Source: a bacterium
GTDB lineage: Bacteria; Joyebacterota; Joyebacteria; Joyebacterales; Joyebacteraceae
Length of the DNA stretch: 53,498 nt
Direction: 5' to 3'
NCBI GenBank assembly: GCA_025774545.1
Contig: JALGVU010000003.1
Span: 1 to 53,498 of the forward strand
Positions 1 through 8,355 of this stretch are shown here, piece by piece. A program made the position numbers and the translations under genes. Position 1 is the first letter of the stretch. The number at the start of each line of letters is the position of its first letter. The notes beneath the pieces are model-generated. The model had not been told where the DNA came from, did not search any database, and was given only the letters and a program-made list of their open reading frames with translations.

Positions 1-1
1 T

Positions 2-292
2 ATGGCAGAGCAGAAGAAGATCAACATCGAGCTGCGAGACGCGGAGGCTGAGGGCGTCTACGCCAACTTCGCCATGATCACGCACTCCCCAGCCGAGTTC
101 GTCATCGACTTCATCCGCGTCCTGCCGGGCACGAAGAAGAGCCGGGTCCACGCCAGGGTCGTGATGGCCCCGCAGAACGCGAAGGCCCTCCTGGGGGCCC
201 TCAAGGGAAACATCGACAAGTACGAGAGCCGACACGGCGAGATCAAGTCTTCGGGCGACGGGCAGCCCGAGAAGCAGATTGGATTCCAGTAG
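2..292 (+). CDS. DUF3467 domain-containing protein
   Basis: 96 aa with EGVYANFAMITHSPAEFVIDF...RVVMAPQNAKAL, the signature I recall for DUF3467; start at window edge. Confidence 0.85.
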   Translation: MAEQKKINIELRDAEAEGVYANFAMITHSPAEFVIDFIRVLPGTKKSRVHARVVMAPQNAKALLGALKGNIDKYESRHGEIKSSGDGQPEKQIGFQ

Positions 293-523
293 GAACTGGA
301 CCCTTGACCCAAAGGAGGTAGCGAGAGGTTGCGTGAGGCTCCTGCCGACCCCAGGGCCGGCGGCCTGAGTGAGCCAACCATGGCTTTCTGGGGAAACAGG
401 GGGCGAGAAGGCCCCTGACAACCAGAAGGAGGTGCGTACGAAGAAGAGCCAAACTGGACTTCCGTGAGGAGTTCCGTTGGGTTGTGAGAGTTCTGAAACC
501 GGGCATTTCAAGGAGGCTTAGGA

Positions 524-1399
524 ATGAGACGCAGCATTCTCTCGATCACGGCGATCGCTCTCATGTTCGTCTTCGCGACGGGCGCGAGCGCGTTCGACTA
601 TCTGTACACCCGCGACACGGCGATGACGCACGACGCCGGGACCTTCGGCGTCGACGCCGCGTTCGTCTACTTCGGGCACACGAGCGCCTTCGACCACGAG
701 GGCGAGAGCCAGGACTTCGCGGACGACGTCAGCTTCAAGGAGACGGTCATCCCGATCAACATCTTCTACAGCGTCACCGATCAGCTCGAGATCGGCATAC
801 AGCCGAAGTTCGTCATGCCGAAGTACGAGAGCCCGGGCGGCGACGAGGACGGCTCCGGCCTCGGCGACACGTGGATCGACGCCAAGTACATGTTCATGCC
901 CGAGCCGATGGTGACGGCGCGCGTGGCCTTCAAGATCCCGACGGGCGACGACGAGCCCGATGCCGGCGATCTCGGGACAGGCGAGGGCCAGAGCGACATC
1001 GACGGCGCGATCCTGTTTGGCGTGCCTGCCGGACCCGGCATGTTCGATGCGGGGCTCGGCTACCGGTACAGGCTCACGACCAGTGCCGACAGCAGCCGGG
1101 ACGCCGGCGACTTCACGCACGGCAGTGAGATCCACTTCGTGGCCGGCTACACGTACTTCCTGAACGACGCGATGAACCTCAAGCTGGCGGCGGACGGGTA
1201 CTTCGGCGCGGAGGACGACTTAGAGACGGCCCGCGATGCGGTCGAGGATTCGGCGAGGAACGGCGTCTGGATCAGCCCCGCCTTCGAGTACATGATGGAG
1301 AACGGGCTGCTCCTCGGTGCCGACTTCCACTACCCGCTCATGGGCCAGAACATCCCTGGTGGCTGGGGCGTGGACTTCTTCGTCGGTTGGAGCATGTAG
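524..1399 (+). CDS. Outer-membrane beta-barrel, MetA-pathway/phenol degradation 'transporter' family-like
   Basis: AAGGAGG RBS at 510-516; signal peptide MRRSILSITAIALMFVFATGASA; GSGLGDTWIDAKY and KIPTGD...LGTG motifs; amphipathic C-terminal strand. Confidence 0.7.
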   Translation: MRRSILSITAIALMFVFATGASAFDYLYTRDTAMTHDAGTFGVDAAFVYFGHTSAFDHEGESQDFADDVSFKETVIPINIFYSVTDQLEIGIQPKFVMPKYESPGGDEDGSGLGDTWIDAKYMFMPEPMVTARVAFKIPTGDDEPDAGDLGTGEGQSDIDGAILFGVPAGPGMFDAGLGYRYRLTTSADSSRDAGDFTHGSEIHFVAGYTYFLNDAMNLKLAADGYFGAEDDLETARDAVEDSARNGVWISPAFEYMMENGLLLGADFHYPLMGQNIPGGWGVDFFVGWSM

Positions 1400-1426
1400 C
1401 ACGCCGTCGTACAGGCGAGTAGCACC

Positions 1427-1460
1427 AAGGGAGCCGCCCTCGTGGCGGCTCCCTTCTTTG
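1427..1460 (+). terminator. Rho-independent terminator
   Basis: AAGGGAGCCGCC-CTCGT-GGCGGCTCCCTT 12-bp stem followed by CTTTG, just after the stop at 1399. Confidence 0.75.
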
Positions 1461-1640
1461 TGGGGCGCGCGACCTACGGGATCCCAATCCTCGTCTGCTC
1501 GGACGCCCCCGGTGGTCGATCGCCGCGCGGGGGCCGTCGAGGCAGACGCGCCCCAGCGGACGCCCCGCCGTTTCGGCTTGACGAACGCTCACCCATGCTG
1601 TAGTGATGGCGAGTCAGGCGCTCGTCCCGAGCGCACTCAG

Positions 1641-2183
1641 TTGGGACTCGTGTTTCTGCTCCTGGCCCCGGGCGCACTCGCGGGCCCGTTGGACCAGGGA
1701 TCGAAGGAGCTCACGGGCGGCGTCGCGTTCGAGAGCACGTCCTACTCCTATGAGGACTTCGACCTCGGTACCCAGTCCACGCTGACGCTCACGCCGGGCT
1801 TCGGGTACTTCGTCGCGGACAACATGGAACTGCGGGGCGATCTCATCTTCACCCGCATCAGCGCCAGCAATGGCTCGACCGAGAGCTTCACGATCTACGG
1901 CGCCGACGCCAGCTTCATCTGGCACTTCGGGGCCGGCGACGGCTTCGTCCCATTCGTCGGCGGAGGGCTGGGCATGCGGGCCGCGAGCGACTCCGAGGAC
2001 GGGGACTACGACACGACCTTCGTGCTCCCGGTCATCGTAGGCGGCGGGAGGGTCTTCCTGACAGACAGCGCCGCCCTCAATATTTGGGTCTTCTACAACC
2101 ATCAGATGAACGCCCTCTTCGTCGAGGACATCAACGGGAACCAGTTCGGCCTGAACGTGGGGTTCAGCGTCTTCCTGCAGTAG
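1641..2183 (+). CDS. Small outer-membrane beta-barrel protein (OMP_b-brl-like); start uncertain
   Basis: Hydrophobic segment LGLVFLLLAPGALA, LTPGFGYFVADN, VPFVGGGLG, C-terminal strand FGLNVGFSVFLQ; the upstream part of ORF 1317..2183 overlaps a gene and a terminator and looks non-coding; in-frame TTG at 1641. Confidence 0.7.
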   Translation: MGLVFLLLAPGALAGPLDQGSKELTGGVAFESTSYSYEDFDLGTQSTLTLTPGFGYFVADNMELRGDLIFTRISASNGSTESFTIYGADASFIWHFGAGDGFVPFVGGGLGMRAASDSEDGDYDTTFVLPVIVGGGRVFLTDSAALNIWVFYNHQMNALFVEDINGNQFGLNVGFSVFLQ

Positions 2184-2256
2184 GAGACGCGTGAGTCGGC
2201 CCGCGGCGGCCGCGGCTCAGTCGGCACGCGGAGCCGCGCTCGATCTCCCAACACGC

Positions 2257-2292
2257 AACCGGGCCGGCGCCCTTGAGGGCGCCGGCCCGGTT
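2257..2292. terminator. Perfect GC-rich hairpin between convergent genes
   Basis: AACCGGGCCGGCGCCC-TTGA-GGGCGCCGGCCCGGTT, 16-bp stem; no long U-tract. Confidence 0.55.
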
Positions 2293-2340
2293 CATCTGGC
2301 GTGACGGTGTCGGCTCGCGCGGTTCCTCGCCGCGTCTCCA

Positions 2341-3243
2341 CTACTCGGGCGGCCTCGTCTTCCACCGCCGATGCATCCAGAAATACTGCTCGGGATACTC
2401 GCGGATGAAGCGCTCGAAGACGCTCGTGTAGCCCTGTGTGTACGCCCGCGCGGCCTCGTCGACGGGGGTCCCCTCCGGAGGCGACGGCACGGGCGGGCAG
2501 ATCACGAGCTCGTGTCTCCCCCGCTCGCGCCGAACCGCCAAGCCCGGCAGGAGCGGCACGCCGGTCCTCGCCGCAATGCGGCCGGGGCCGTAGGGCGTCG
2601 AGGCCTGCTGCCCCAGGAAGTCGACGAAGATGCCGTTCCTCCCCGCGTCCTGATCCGAGAGCATCGCGACGATCCGGCCGTTCCGGAGCGCCCGGAAGAC
2701 GCCCATGAGGCTCCCCGTCAACGGGACGATCTCGACGCCGAAGCGCGCACGCAGCCGGTTCATGAGCCCGTCGACGAGGGTGTTGTGCTGCTCACCCACG
2801 AGGAAGGTGATCGGGTAGCCCTGCGCGGCGAGGGTCGCCGCGAGTTCCCAGTTCCCGAAGTGGCCGGCCACGAGGATGGCGCCCGACCCTTCGCGGACGG
2901 CGGCGTCGAGGTGTTCGCCGCCCGAGAGGCGCACGACCTTCTCGATCTCGCGGGGGCCGAGCCGGGGGAAGCGACCGTACTCGAAGGTCATCCGCCCGAA
3001 GTTGCGGTACGATTCCCGGGCGATCTCCTCGATCTCCCGCTCCGAACGCTCGTCCCCGAAGATCCGGTGCAGGTGCGAGAGCGTGACCTTCCTCCGGATC
3101 CCGAGCGAGAACGCGGCGTCGCCTATGCTCGCCCCGAGCTCGCGCGCGACGCCAGCGGGCAGGGCGCAGACGAGCGCCTGCGCGGTCCTCGCGGCCGCGT
3201 ACTCGAGCCGATGCGTAAATGTGATTCTTCTCTCTCTCGCCAC
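2341..3243 (-). CDS. lpxL: Lipid A biosynthesis acyltransferase (LpxL/HtrB family)
   Basis: GHFGNWE motif, LSDQDAG, PEQYFWMHRRWKTRP C-terminus. Confidence 0.85.
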   Translation of the reverse strand: MARERRITFTHRLEYAAARTAQALVCALPAGVARELGASIGDAAFSLGIRRKVTLSHLHRIFGDERSEREIEEIARESYRNFGRMTFEYGRFPRLGPREIEKVVRLSGGEHLDAAVREGSGAILVAGHFGNWELAATLAAQGYPITFLVGEQHNTLVDGLMNRLRARFGVEIVPLTGSLMGVFRALRNGRIVAMLSDQDAGRNGIFVDFLGQQASTPYGPGRIAARTGVPLLPGLAVRRERGRHELVICPPVPSPPEGTPVDEAARAYTQGYTSVFERFIREYPEQYFWMHRRWKTRPPE

Positions 3244-3257
3244 GTTGAACTCCTGGA

Positions 3258-3341
3258 CCCCGCCTCGAGAACTGCACCACCTGCTGCGAGAGCCGCACGA
3301 CCCGCTACGAGAACCGCTTCGCCAGCCACGAGAGTCTCACC
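3258..3341. repeat. Degenerate 21-bp tandem repeat x4 spanning the stop codon of the DUF362 gene
   Basis: CGAGA recurs at 3266, 3287, 3308, 3329; units ccccgcctcgagaactgcacc / acctgctgcgagagccgcacg / acccgctacgagaaccgcttc / gccagccacgagagtctcacc. Confidence 0.65.
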
Positions 3342-4447
3342 CGCACGGCCTCGTGCGGACAGATCTCGTGGCAGCAGAGACACTCCACGCACACGTTCTT
3401 CTTCACGACCGGCCGGCCGTCCCGCATCTCGATCGCCTCGACCGGACAGCTCCGAACACAGAGCCCGCACGCATCCCCGCGGCATCCCCACTCCGGCGAC
3501 ATCTCGGGCAGAATCCAGATCCAGGGCCTCAAGGCCCGCACGACGAAGGTCGGGATCAGGTTGAAGGGGCCCGTCCGAGGAAGCTCGAAGTCCGCAAGAT
3601 CGAACGAGGAGGGGTCGTCCCCGACGATGGCGATCTTCGACGGATCCGCCTCCCCGAGGCCCTTCGAGGCGGCGATCCGAACGGTGGGCACCTGCCCGTC
3701 GCGGTAGCCGATCATCCTCGCCGCGACGGCGTCGACCGCGACGGGGTCGGTGCCGGCGAGGATCGCGCCGACGTGCTTCGGGCGACCGCCCGACGGCCCG
3801 TCGCCCTCCATGGCTACGACCGCGTCCATAATATGGAGGGCGGGGCGGACGAGCGAGTAGACGTCGACCACGTGCCTGCTGAACGGCACGGGGCGGGGTG
3901 CCTGGGCGTGGATCCTCGCCTTCCCGAAGCCGGGGATCGCGCCGTACGTGTTCTTCACACACCCCGTGAAGAGCGTCAGGACGTGCGTCTTGAGCTTCGG
4001 CACGTTCACGATCACGTCGGCCTCGACGACCGGGCGGGCGATCATGTAGGACGCGAGCTCGCCCTGCATCGAGACCGCCCCCTCGGCCTCGAAGCTCACG
4101 AGCGGGAGCCCGATGCGTTCGGCGAGTTCGAGCATCCCGGTGTTCCGCCAGACGCGTTCGACGCCGCGGATCGCGCCGCCGGGGCTGTCGCCCGCCGTGG
4201 GCTCACCGCCCGCCTCGCGCACGGCGGCCGCGAGGACCTCGATCAGGGCCGGGTGCGTCGTGATGGCGCGGTCGGGTTCTTTGGCGGAGAGGAGGTTGGG
4301 CTTCAGGAGCACCTTCTGGCCCGGGCGAACGAACGCGGCCATCCCCCCGAACGGCTCGAGCACGGCGCGGACGGCGCGCTCGACCTCGGGGAGCGCGTAG
4401 CTCTCGCAGCGCGCGACGGCGACCGTCGGTCGTACACTGTCAGGCAT
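3305..4447 (-). CDS. DUF362 domain protein with C-terminal 4Fe-4S dicluster
   Basis: VLLKPNL...ITTHP, NVPKLKTH, MEGDGP, DPVAVD motifs; CGLCVRSCP and CVECLCCHEICP; start set at MPDSV overlapping the dprA stop. Confidence 0.9.
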   Translation of the reverse strand: MPDSVRPTVAVARCESYALPEVERAVRAVLEPFGGMAAFVRPGQKVLLKPNLLSAKEPDRAITTHPALIEVLAAAVREAGGEPTAGDSPGGAIRGVERVWRNTGMLELAERIGLPLVSFEAEGAVSMQGELASYMIARPVVEADVIVNVPKLKTHVLTLFTGCVKNTYGAIPGFGKARIHAQAPRPVPFSRHVVDVYSLVRPALHIMDAVVAMEGDGPSGGRPKHVGAILAGTDPVAVDAVAARMIGYRDGQVPTVRIAASKGLGEADPSKIAIVGDDPSSFDLADFELPRTGPFNLIPTFVVRALRPWIWILPEMSPEWGCRGDACGLCVRSCPVEAIEMRDGRPVVKKNVCVECLCCHEICPHEAVRVRLSWLAKRFS

Positions 4448-5657
4448 CGTCGGTTCCCTTCGCTCGCGGCGCGGCCCGTTCGACCGCCCCCGCGCAGGTC
4501 CCCCGCCCTGCGCCCGCCGTCGCGAGCGCCTTCCGATCACCCGCGACGAACCTGCCTCCCGGACACGCCCGGGCGGCGCCCGCAAGCTCGAGCGTCGCGA
4601 GGGCCGCGAGGATCTCGCGAACGGGTGTCCGGAGGTTCGCGGCGAGTTCGTCGGGCGAGACCGGGGTCAGCGTCAGTCGTCCGCGGATGGCCCGAGCCAG
4701 CTCGCCCCCCGCCGCCGGGCCGGACTGGGCCGCCTCGGACGAAGGCTGCTGCTGCTGCGCCCCGCGGGGCCCGAAGGGACCCCAGGCGGCCTCGAGCTCA
4801 TCGAGGACATCGCCGACGTCCTCCACGAGCTTCGCCCCCGCCTTGATGAGCCCGTTCGGTCCTCTCGATTGGGGCTCGTCGATCGGCCCGGGCACGGCGA
4901 AGACCTCCCGTCCCTGCTCGAGCGCGCGGGCCGCCGTGATGAGTGCGCCGCTCCTGGCGGCGGCCTCCACGACGACCACCCCCATCGTAAGCCCTGCGAC
5001 GATCCGGTTTCGCCGGGGGAAGTGGCCCGCGAAGGCCTCCCGCCCCATCGCAAACTCCGACACGACCGCTCCCCCGCTCGCGGCGATCCTGCGCGCGAGC
5101 GGCCCGTTCTCCGGGGGGTACGTCCGATCGAGCCCCGAGCCGAGCACGGCCACCGTGGGCCCGCCGGCCTCGAGGCAGCCCTCGTGCGCCTCCGTGTCGA
5201 TCCCACGCGCCAGTCCGCTCACGACGGTGACACCTGCCCTCGCGAGGTCGGCCGCGAGCTCGAACGCGACGGCGCGGCCCCGCGGGGTCGGCGCCCTCGT
5301 CCCGACGACGGCGAGCATCGGGCCGAGCTTCGCGAGCGAGGCCCCTCTCACGAAGAGCCCGACGGGCGCGTTCGCGATCTCGGTCAGGACCCGCGGGTAC
5401 TCGGGATCGATGTCGATCGTGAACCGCGCCCCGTCCGCGCGTGTCCGTTCGAGCTGTCGCGCCAGGTACGCGCCGCCCGCGCTCTCGGCGATCGCTCGCC
5501 GCACCGCAGGAGGGATCGCGCCACCGCCTTCCGCCTTCCCCGTCGCCGCCGCGACCGCCCGCCGATAGGAACCGAAGTTCTTGACCAGCTTCGCCGCGGT
5601 CGCCGGTCCCACGCCTCGCGCCAGGGCCACCGTCAGAGCCGCCTCGTGTTCGTCCAC
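4440..5657 (-). CDS. dprA: DNA-processing protein DprA
   Basis: AVVGTR, VVSGLARGIDT, FPRRNRIVAG, SGALITA, GREVFAVPG motifs, C-terminal winged helix; GTG start after GGGGAGGGG. Confidence 0.95.
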   Translation of the reverse strand: MDEHEAALTVALARGVGPATAAKLVKNFGSYRRAVAAATGKAEGGGAIPPAVRRAIAESAGGAYLARQLERTRADGARFTIDIDPEYPRVLTEIANAPVGLFVRGASLAKLGPMLAVVGTRAPTPRGRAVAFELAADLARAGVTVVSGLARGIDTEAHEGCLEAGGPTVAVLGSGLDRTYPPENGPLARRIAASGGAVVSEFAMGREAFAGHFPRRNRIVAGLTMGVVVVEAAARSGALITAARALEQGREVFAVPGPIDEPQSRGPNGLIKAGAKLVEDVGDVLDELEAAWGPFGPRGAQQQQPSSEAAQSGPAAGGELARAIRGRLTLTPVSPDELAANLRTPVREILAALATLELAGAARACPGGRFVAGDRKALATAGAGRGTCAGAVERAAPRAKGTDDA

Positions 5658-5685
5658 CCGTCCCCTCCCCTCCCCGCGCGGCCGC

Positions 5686-5755
5686 CGCGCGCTCGGTCCG
5701 CCCGTCCGCACGACGCGCGTCGCGCGTTCGGCCCGCCCGCTTCACGGCGCGGCTA
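5686..5755. repeat. Degenerate 35-bp tandem duplication ending at the obgE stop codon
   Basis: cgcgcgctcggtccgcccgtccgcacgacgcgcgt versus cgcgcgttcggcccgcccgcttcacggcgcggcta. Confidence 0.6.
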
Positions 5756-6751
5756 TCCCGCGCTCTCCGACTCCTCCGCAAAAACCCTGAGCATCGTCCA
5801 CAGGCGGCGCCGAAGGTCGTCGAGACCCTCGCCCGTCGCCGCCGAGATCTCGACGACGTCCTCTCCGCCGAAGCGGTACGACGGGAGCGGTCGCTCCGTC
5901 ACCGCGTCGATCTTGCTGAGCGCGATGAGCCTCGGTTTCTCGACGAGGCCCTCGCCGTATTTCGAGAGCTCGCCCACGAGCGTTGCGTAGTCGGTCTCCG
6001 GATTCCCGCCGGCGGCGTCCAGGAGAATCACGAGCACGCTCGTCCTCTCGATGTGCTTGAGGAAACGGTGACCGAGGCCGCGCCCCTCGTGCGCGCCCTC
6101 GATCAGGCCGGGAAGATCGGCCATCACGAAGCTGCCCTCGTGACCGAGGCGCACGAGGCCCAGCACGGGCGAGAGCGTGGTGAAGGGGAAGTCGGCGATC
6201 TTGGGACGCGCCGCGGACATCCTCGACAGGAGCGTCGACTTGCCGGCGTTGGGAAGCCCGACGAGCCCCACGTCGGCCAGGAGCTTGAGCTCGAGATCGA
6301 CGATTCTCGACCCCCCGACACCGCCACTCTCGGCCTTCCGGGGAGCCTGCTCGATCGAGGTGGCGAACCGCGCGTTGCCCCGACCGCCTCGCCCGCCCTT
6401 CACCACGACGAGCGTGTCGCCCGACTGATCGAGATCCCCGAGCACGTCCCCCGTCTCGTGGTCACGAACGACCGTGCCGACGGGCACCTCGAGAAGGATG
6501 CTCTCCCCGTTCCTGCCGCGCTTGTTGGAGCCGCCGCCGTGCTGCCCGCGCTCCGCCTTGTAGTGACGACGGTAGTGGAAGTCGAGGAGGGTGCACCGCC
6601 CCTCGGCCGCCTTGAGGACGATGCTCCCGCCGTTCCCTCCGTCACCGCCGTTGGGCCCGCCACGGGGAACGTACTTCTCGCGCCGGAAGCTGATGCATCC
6701 CCTCCCGCCGTCGCCCGCTCTGAGCTCGATCGTCGCGCTGTCTATCAGCAT
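5753..6751 (-). CDS. obgE: GTPase ObgE/CgtA
   Basis: FRREKYVPRGGPNGGDGG Obg fold, GLPNAGKS, FTTL, DLPGLIEGA, SKID. Confidence 0.97.
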   Translation of the reverse strand: MLIDSATIELRAGDGGRGCISFRREKYVPRGGPNGGDGGNGGSIVLKAAEGRCTLLDFHYRRHYKAERGQHGGGSNKRGRNGESILLEVPVGTVVRDHETGDVLGDLDQSGDTLVVVKGGRGGRGNARFATSIEQAPRKAESGGVGGSRIVDLELKLLADVGLVGLPNAGKSTLLSRMSAARPKIADFPFTTLSPVLGLVRLGHEGSFVMADLPGLIEGAHEGRGLGHRFLKHIERTSVLVILLDAAGGNPETDYATLVGELSKYGEGLVEKPRLIALSKIDAVTERPLPSYRFGGEDVVEISAATGEGLDDLRRRLWTMLRVFAEESESAG

Positions 6752-6763
6752 CGCTCTCGCTCC

Positions 6764-8221
6764 TTAGGCGGACGCGGAATCCGTGGGGAGATCGCCCCAC
6801 CAGGGATTCGGTCGCGAAGTGAGGATCTTGTCGGGGTTCAGGAGGCCGAGGGGATCGAAGGCCCGCTTCACGCTCGAGGTCGTCTCGAGCGCCGGCGCGT
6901 CGAGCTCCTCCGAGAGGTGTTCGGCCTTCGTGAGGCCGATGCCGTGCTCGCCGCTCAGGGTGCCGCCCATGGCGAGGGCCGTCGCGAAGAGCCGGTGCAC
7001 CGCATCCCGGGCCCGCGCCATTTCGGAGGGTACCGCTCGGTCGACGATGACGTTGACGTGCAGGTTCCCGTCGCCCGCGTGGCCGAACGCGAGGATCGGC
7101 AGCTTCGCCGCGGCCGCGATCCCGTGCATCTCGTGGATGAAGGCGGGGATCGCGCTCCTCGGTACCGCAATGTCCTCGTTGATCTTTCCCGTCGAGAGCC
7201 TCGCTAGGGACGGCGAGATCGAGCGCCGAACGCGCCAGATCTCGTCCCGCTCGTCGTCGCCCTCGGCGCGGCGGACCTCCGTCGCGCCGTGACCGGCCAG
7301 GAGCTCGCCGAGCCTCTCCGCGGCTCCGGCGACGGCCTCGCGGGCACCCTCGACCTCGATGAGGAGCGCTCCCGAGGGCGTCGTCTCGGGCGCCTCGCCC
7401 TTCACGTACTCGAGCGCGCAGGCCAGGGTCTCGCGGTCGAGGATCTCGAGGACGCTCACCGGCACGCCCGCGGCCGTGATCGCCGCGACCGCGCGCGCCG
7501 CGTCCTCGAGCGAGGGGAACTCGGCCCAGTAGGTCTCGACGGCCTCGGGCCGATAGGAGAGCCTGAGTGCGATCTTCGTGACGACGGCCAGTGTTCCCTC
7601 CGAGCCGACGAGGAGCGGCCCCGCGTCCCAGCCGCCGCCGTCGTGCGCCAGGAGCCCGGAGGCGGCGACGCTGCCGTCGGGAAGCACGAACTCGAGCCCG
7701 ACGACGTAGTCGCGCGTCGTCCCGTACAGCACCGTTCTGGGACCGCCCGCCCCCTCCGCCACGTTGCCCCCGATCGTCGACACGAGGAGACTCGCGGGGT
7801 CCGGAGGATAGAAGAGCCCGAGCGTCTCCACCTCGGCGCGGAGGTCGCCGTTGATGACGCCCGCCTCGACGACGGCCACGCGGCTCGAACGATCGATCGA
7901 GAGGACGCGGTTCATCCGTTCGAAGGAGACGACGATGCCGCCCGCGACGGGGACGCTTCCGGCGGTCAGGCCGGTGCCCGCGCCGCGCGGAACGACCGGA
8001 ACGCCGGCGTCGGACGCGGCCAGCACCACGGCCGCGACGTCCGATGTCGAGACGGGCCACACGACGGCGTCGGGAAGCGTCCGCATGTCGGTCGCGTCGA
8101 ACGAGTAGCAGATCCGATCCTCGAGCCTCGTGGAGAACTGGCCCTCGATCGAGCCGGCGAGCTTCCCCGCGAGGCGCCGGTCGAGTCCCCCCTCTCCATC
8201 GCGCACCGCCGTGTCGCGCAC
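6764..8221 (-). CDS. FAD-linked oxidase (GlcD / D-lactate dehydrogenase family); start approximate
   Basis: PRGAGTG, YPPDPAS, TIGGNVAE, GSEGTLA, GHAGDGNLH, SGEHGIG, DPLGLLNP. Confidence 0.9.
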   Translation of the reverse strand: MRDTAVRDGEGGLDRRLAGKLAGSIEGQFSTRLEDRICYSFDATDMRTLPDAVVWPVSTSDVAAVVLAASDAGVPVVPRGAGTGLTAGSVPVAGGIVVSFERMNRVLSIDRSSRVAVVEAGVINGDLRAEVETLGLFYPPDPASLLVSTIGGNVAEGAGGPRTVLYGTTRDYVVGLEFVLPDGSVAASGLLAHDGGGWDAGPLLVGSEGTLAVVTKIALRLSYRPEAVETYWAEFPSLEDAARAVAAITAAGVPVSVLEILDRETLACALEYVKGEAPETTPSGALLIEVEGAREAVAGAAERLGELLAGHGATEVRRAEGDDERDEIWRVRRSISPSLARLSTGKINEDIAVPRSAIPAFIHEMHGIAAAAKLPILAFGHAGDGNLHVNVIVDRAVPSEMARARDAVHRLFATALAMGGTLSGEHGIGLTKAEHLSEELDAPALETTSSVKRAFDPLGLLNPDKILTSRPNPWWGDLPTDSASA

Positions 8222-8227
8222 GTGCCC

Positions 8228-8334
8228 CCCCGCTCCTGCCGGGGTCCGAACGCCACGCCTCCTCAGGCGCGCTCGCCGCTCCCCGCTCCTCTCGAGTACC
8301 CGATCGGCCCGCCTCGCGAAGCGCGTTCGCCGCC
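8228..8334. repeat. Degenerate ~53-bp tandem duplication in the pta-oxidase spacer
   Basis: CCCCGCTCCT at 8228 and 8281, followed by similar ccga.cg.c.cgcctc...gcgcg.tcgccgc. Confidence 0.5.
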
Positions 8335-8355
8335 CCGGTCCCCGGTGGGCGTTCA

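Noticed and set aside
293-523. Known riboswitch (cobalamin, c-di-GMP, TPP, SAM, glycine)
   Set aside because: Core consensus motifs not found by eye; kept only as an unknown structured leader
5753-6751. Truncated Obg lacking a C-terminal domain
   Set aside because: Obg proteins of about 330 aa are common; all G motifs are present
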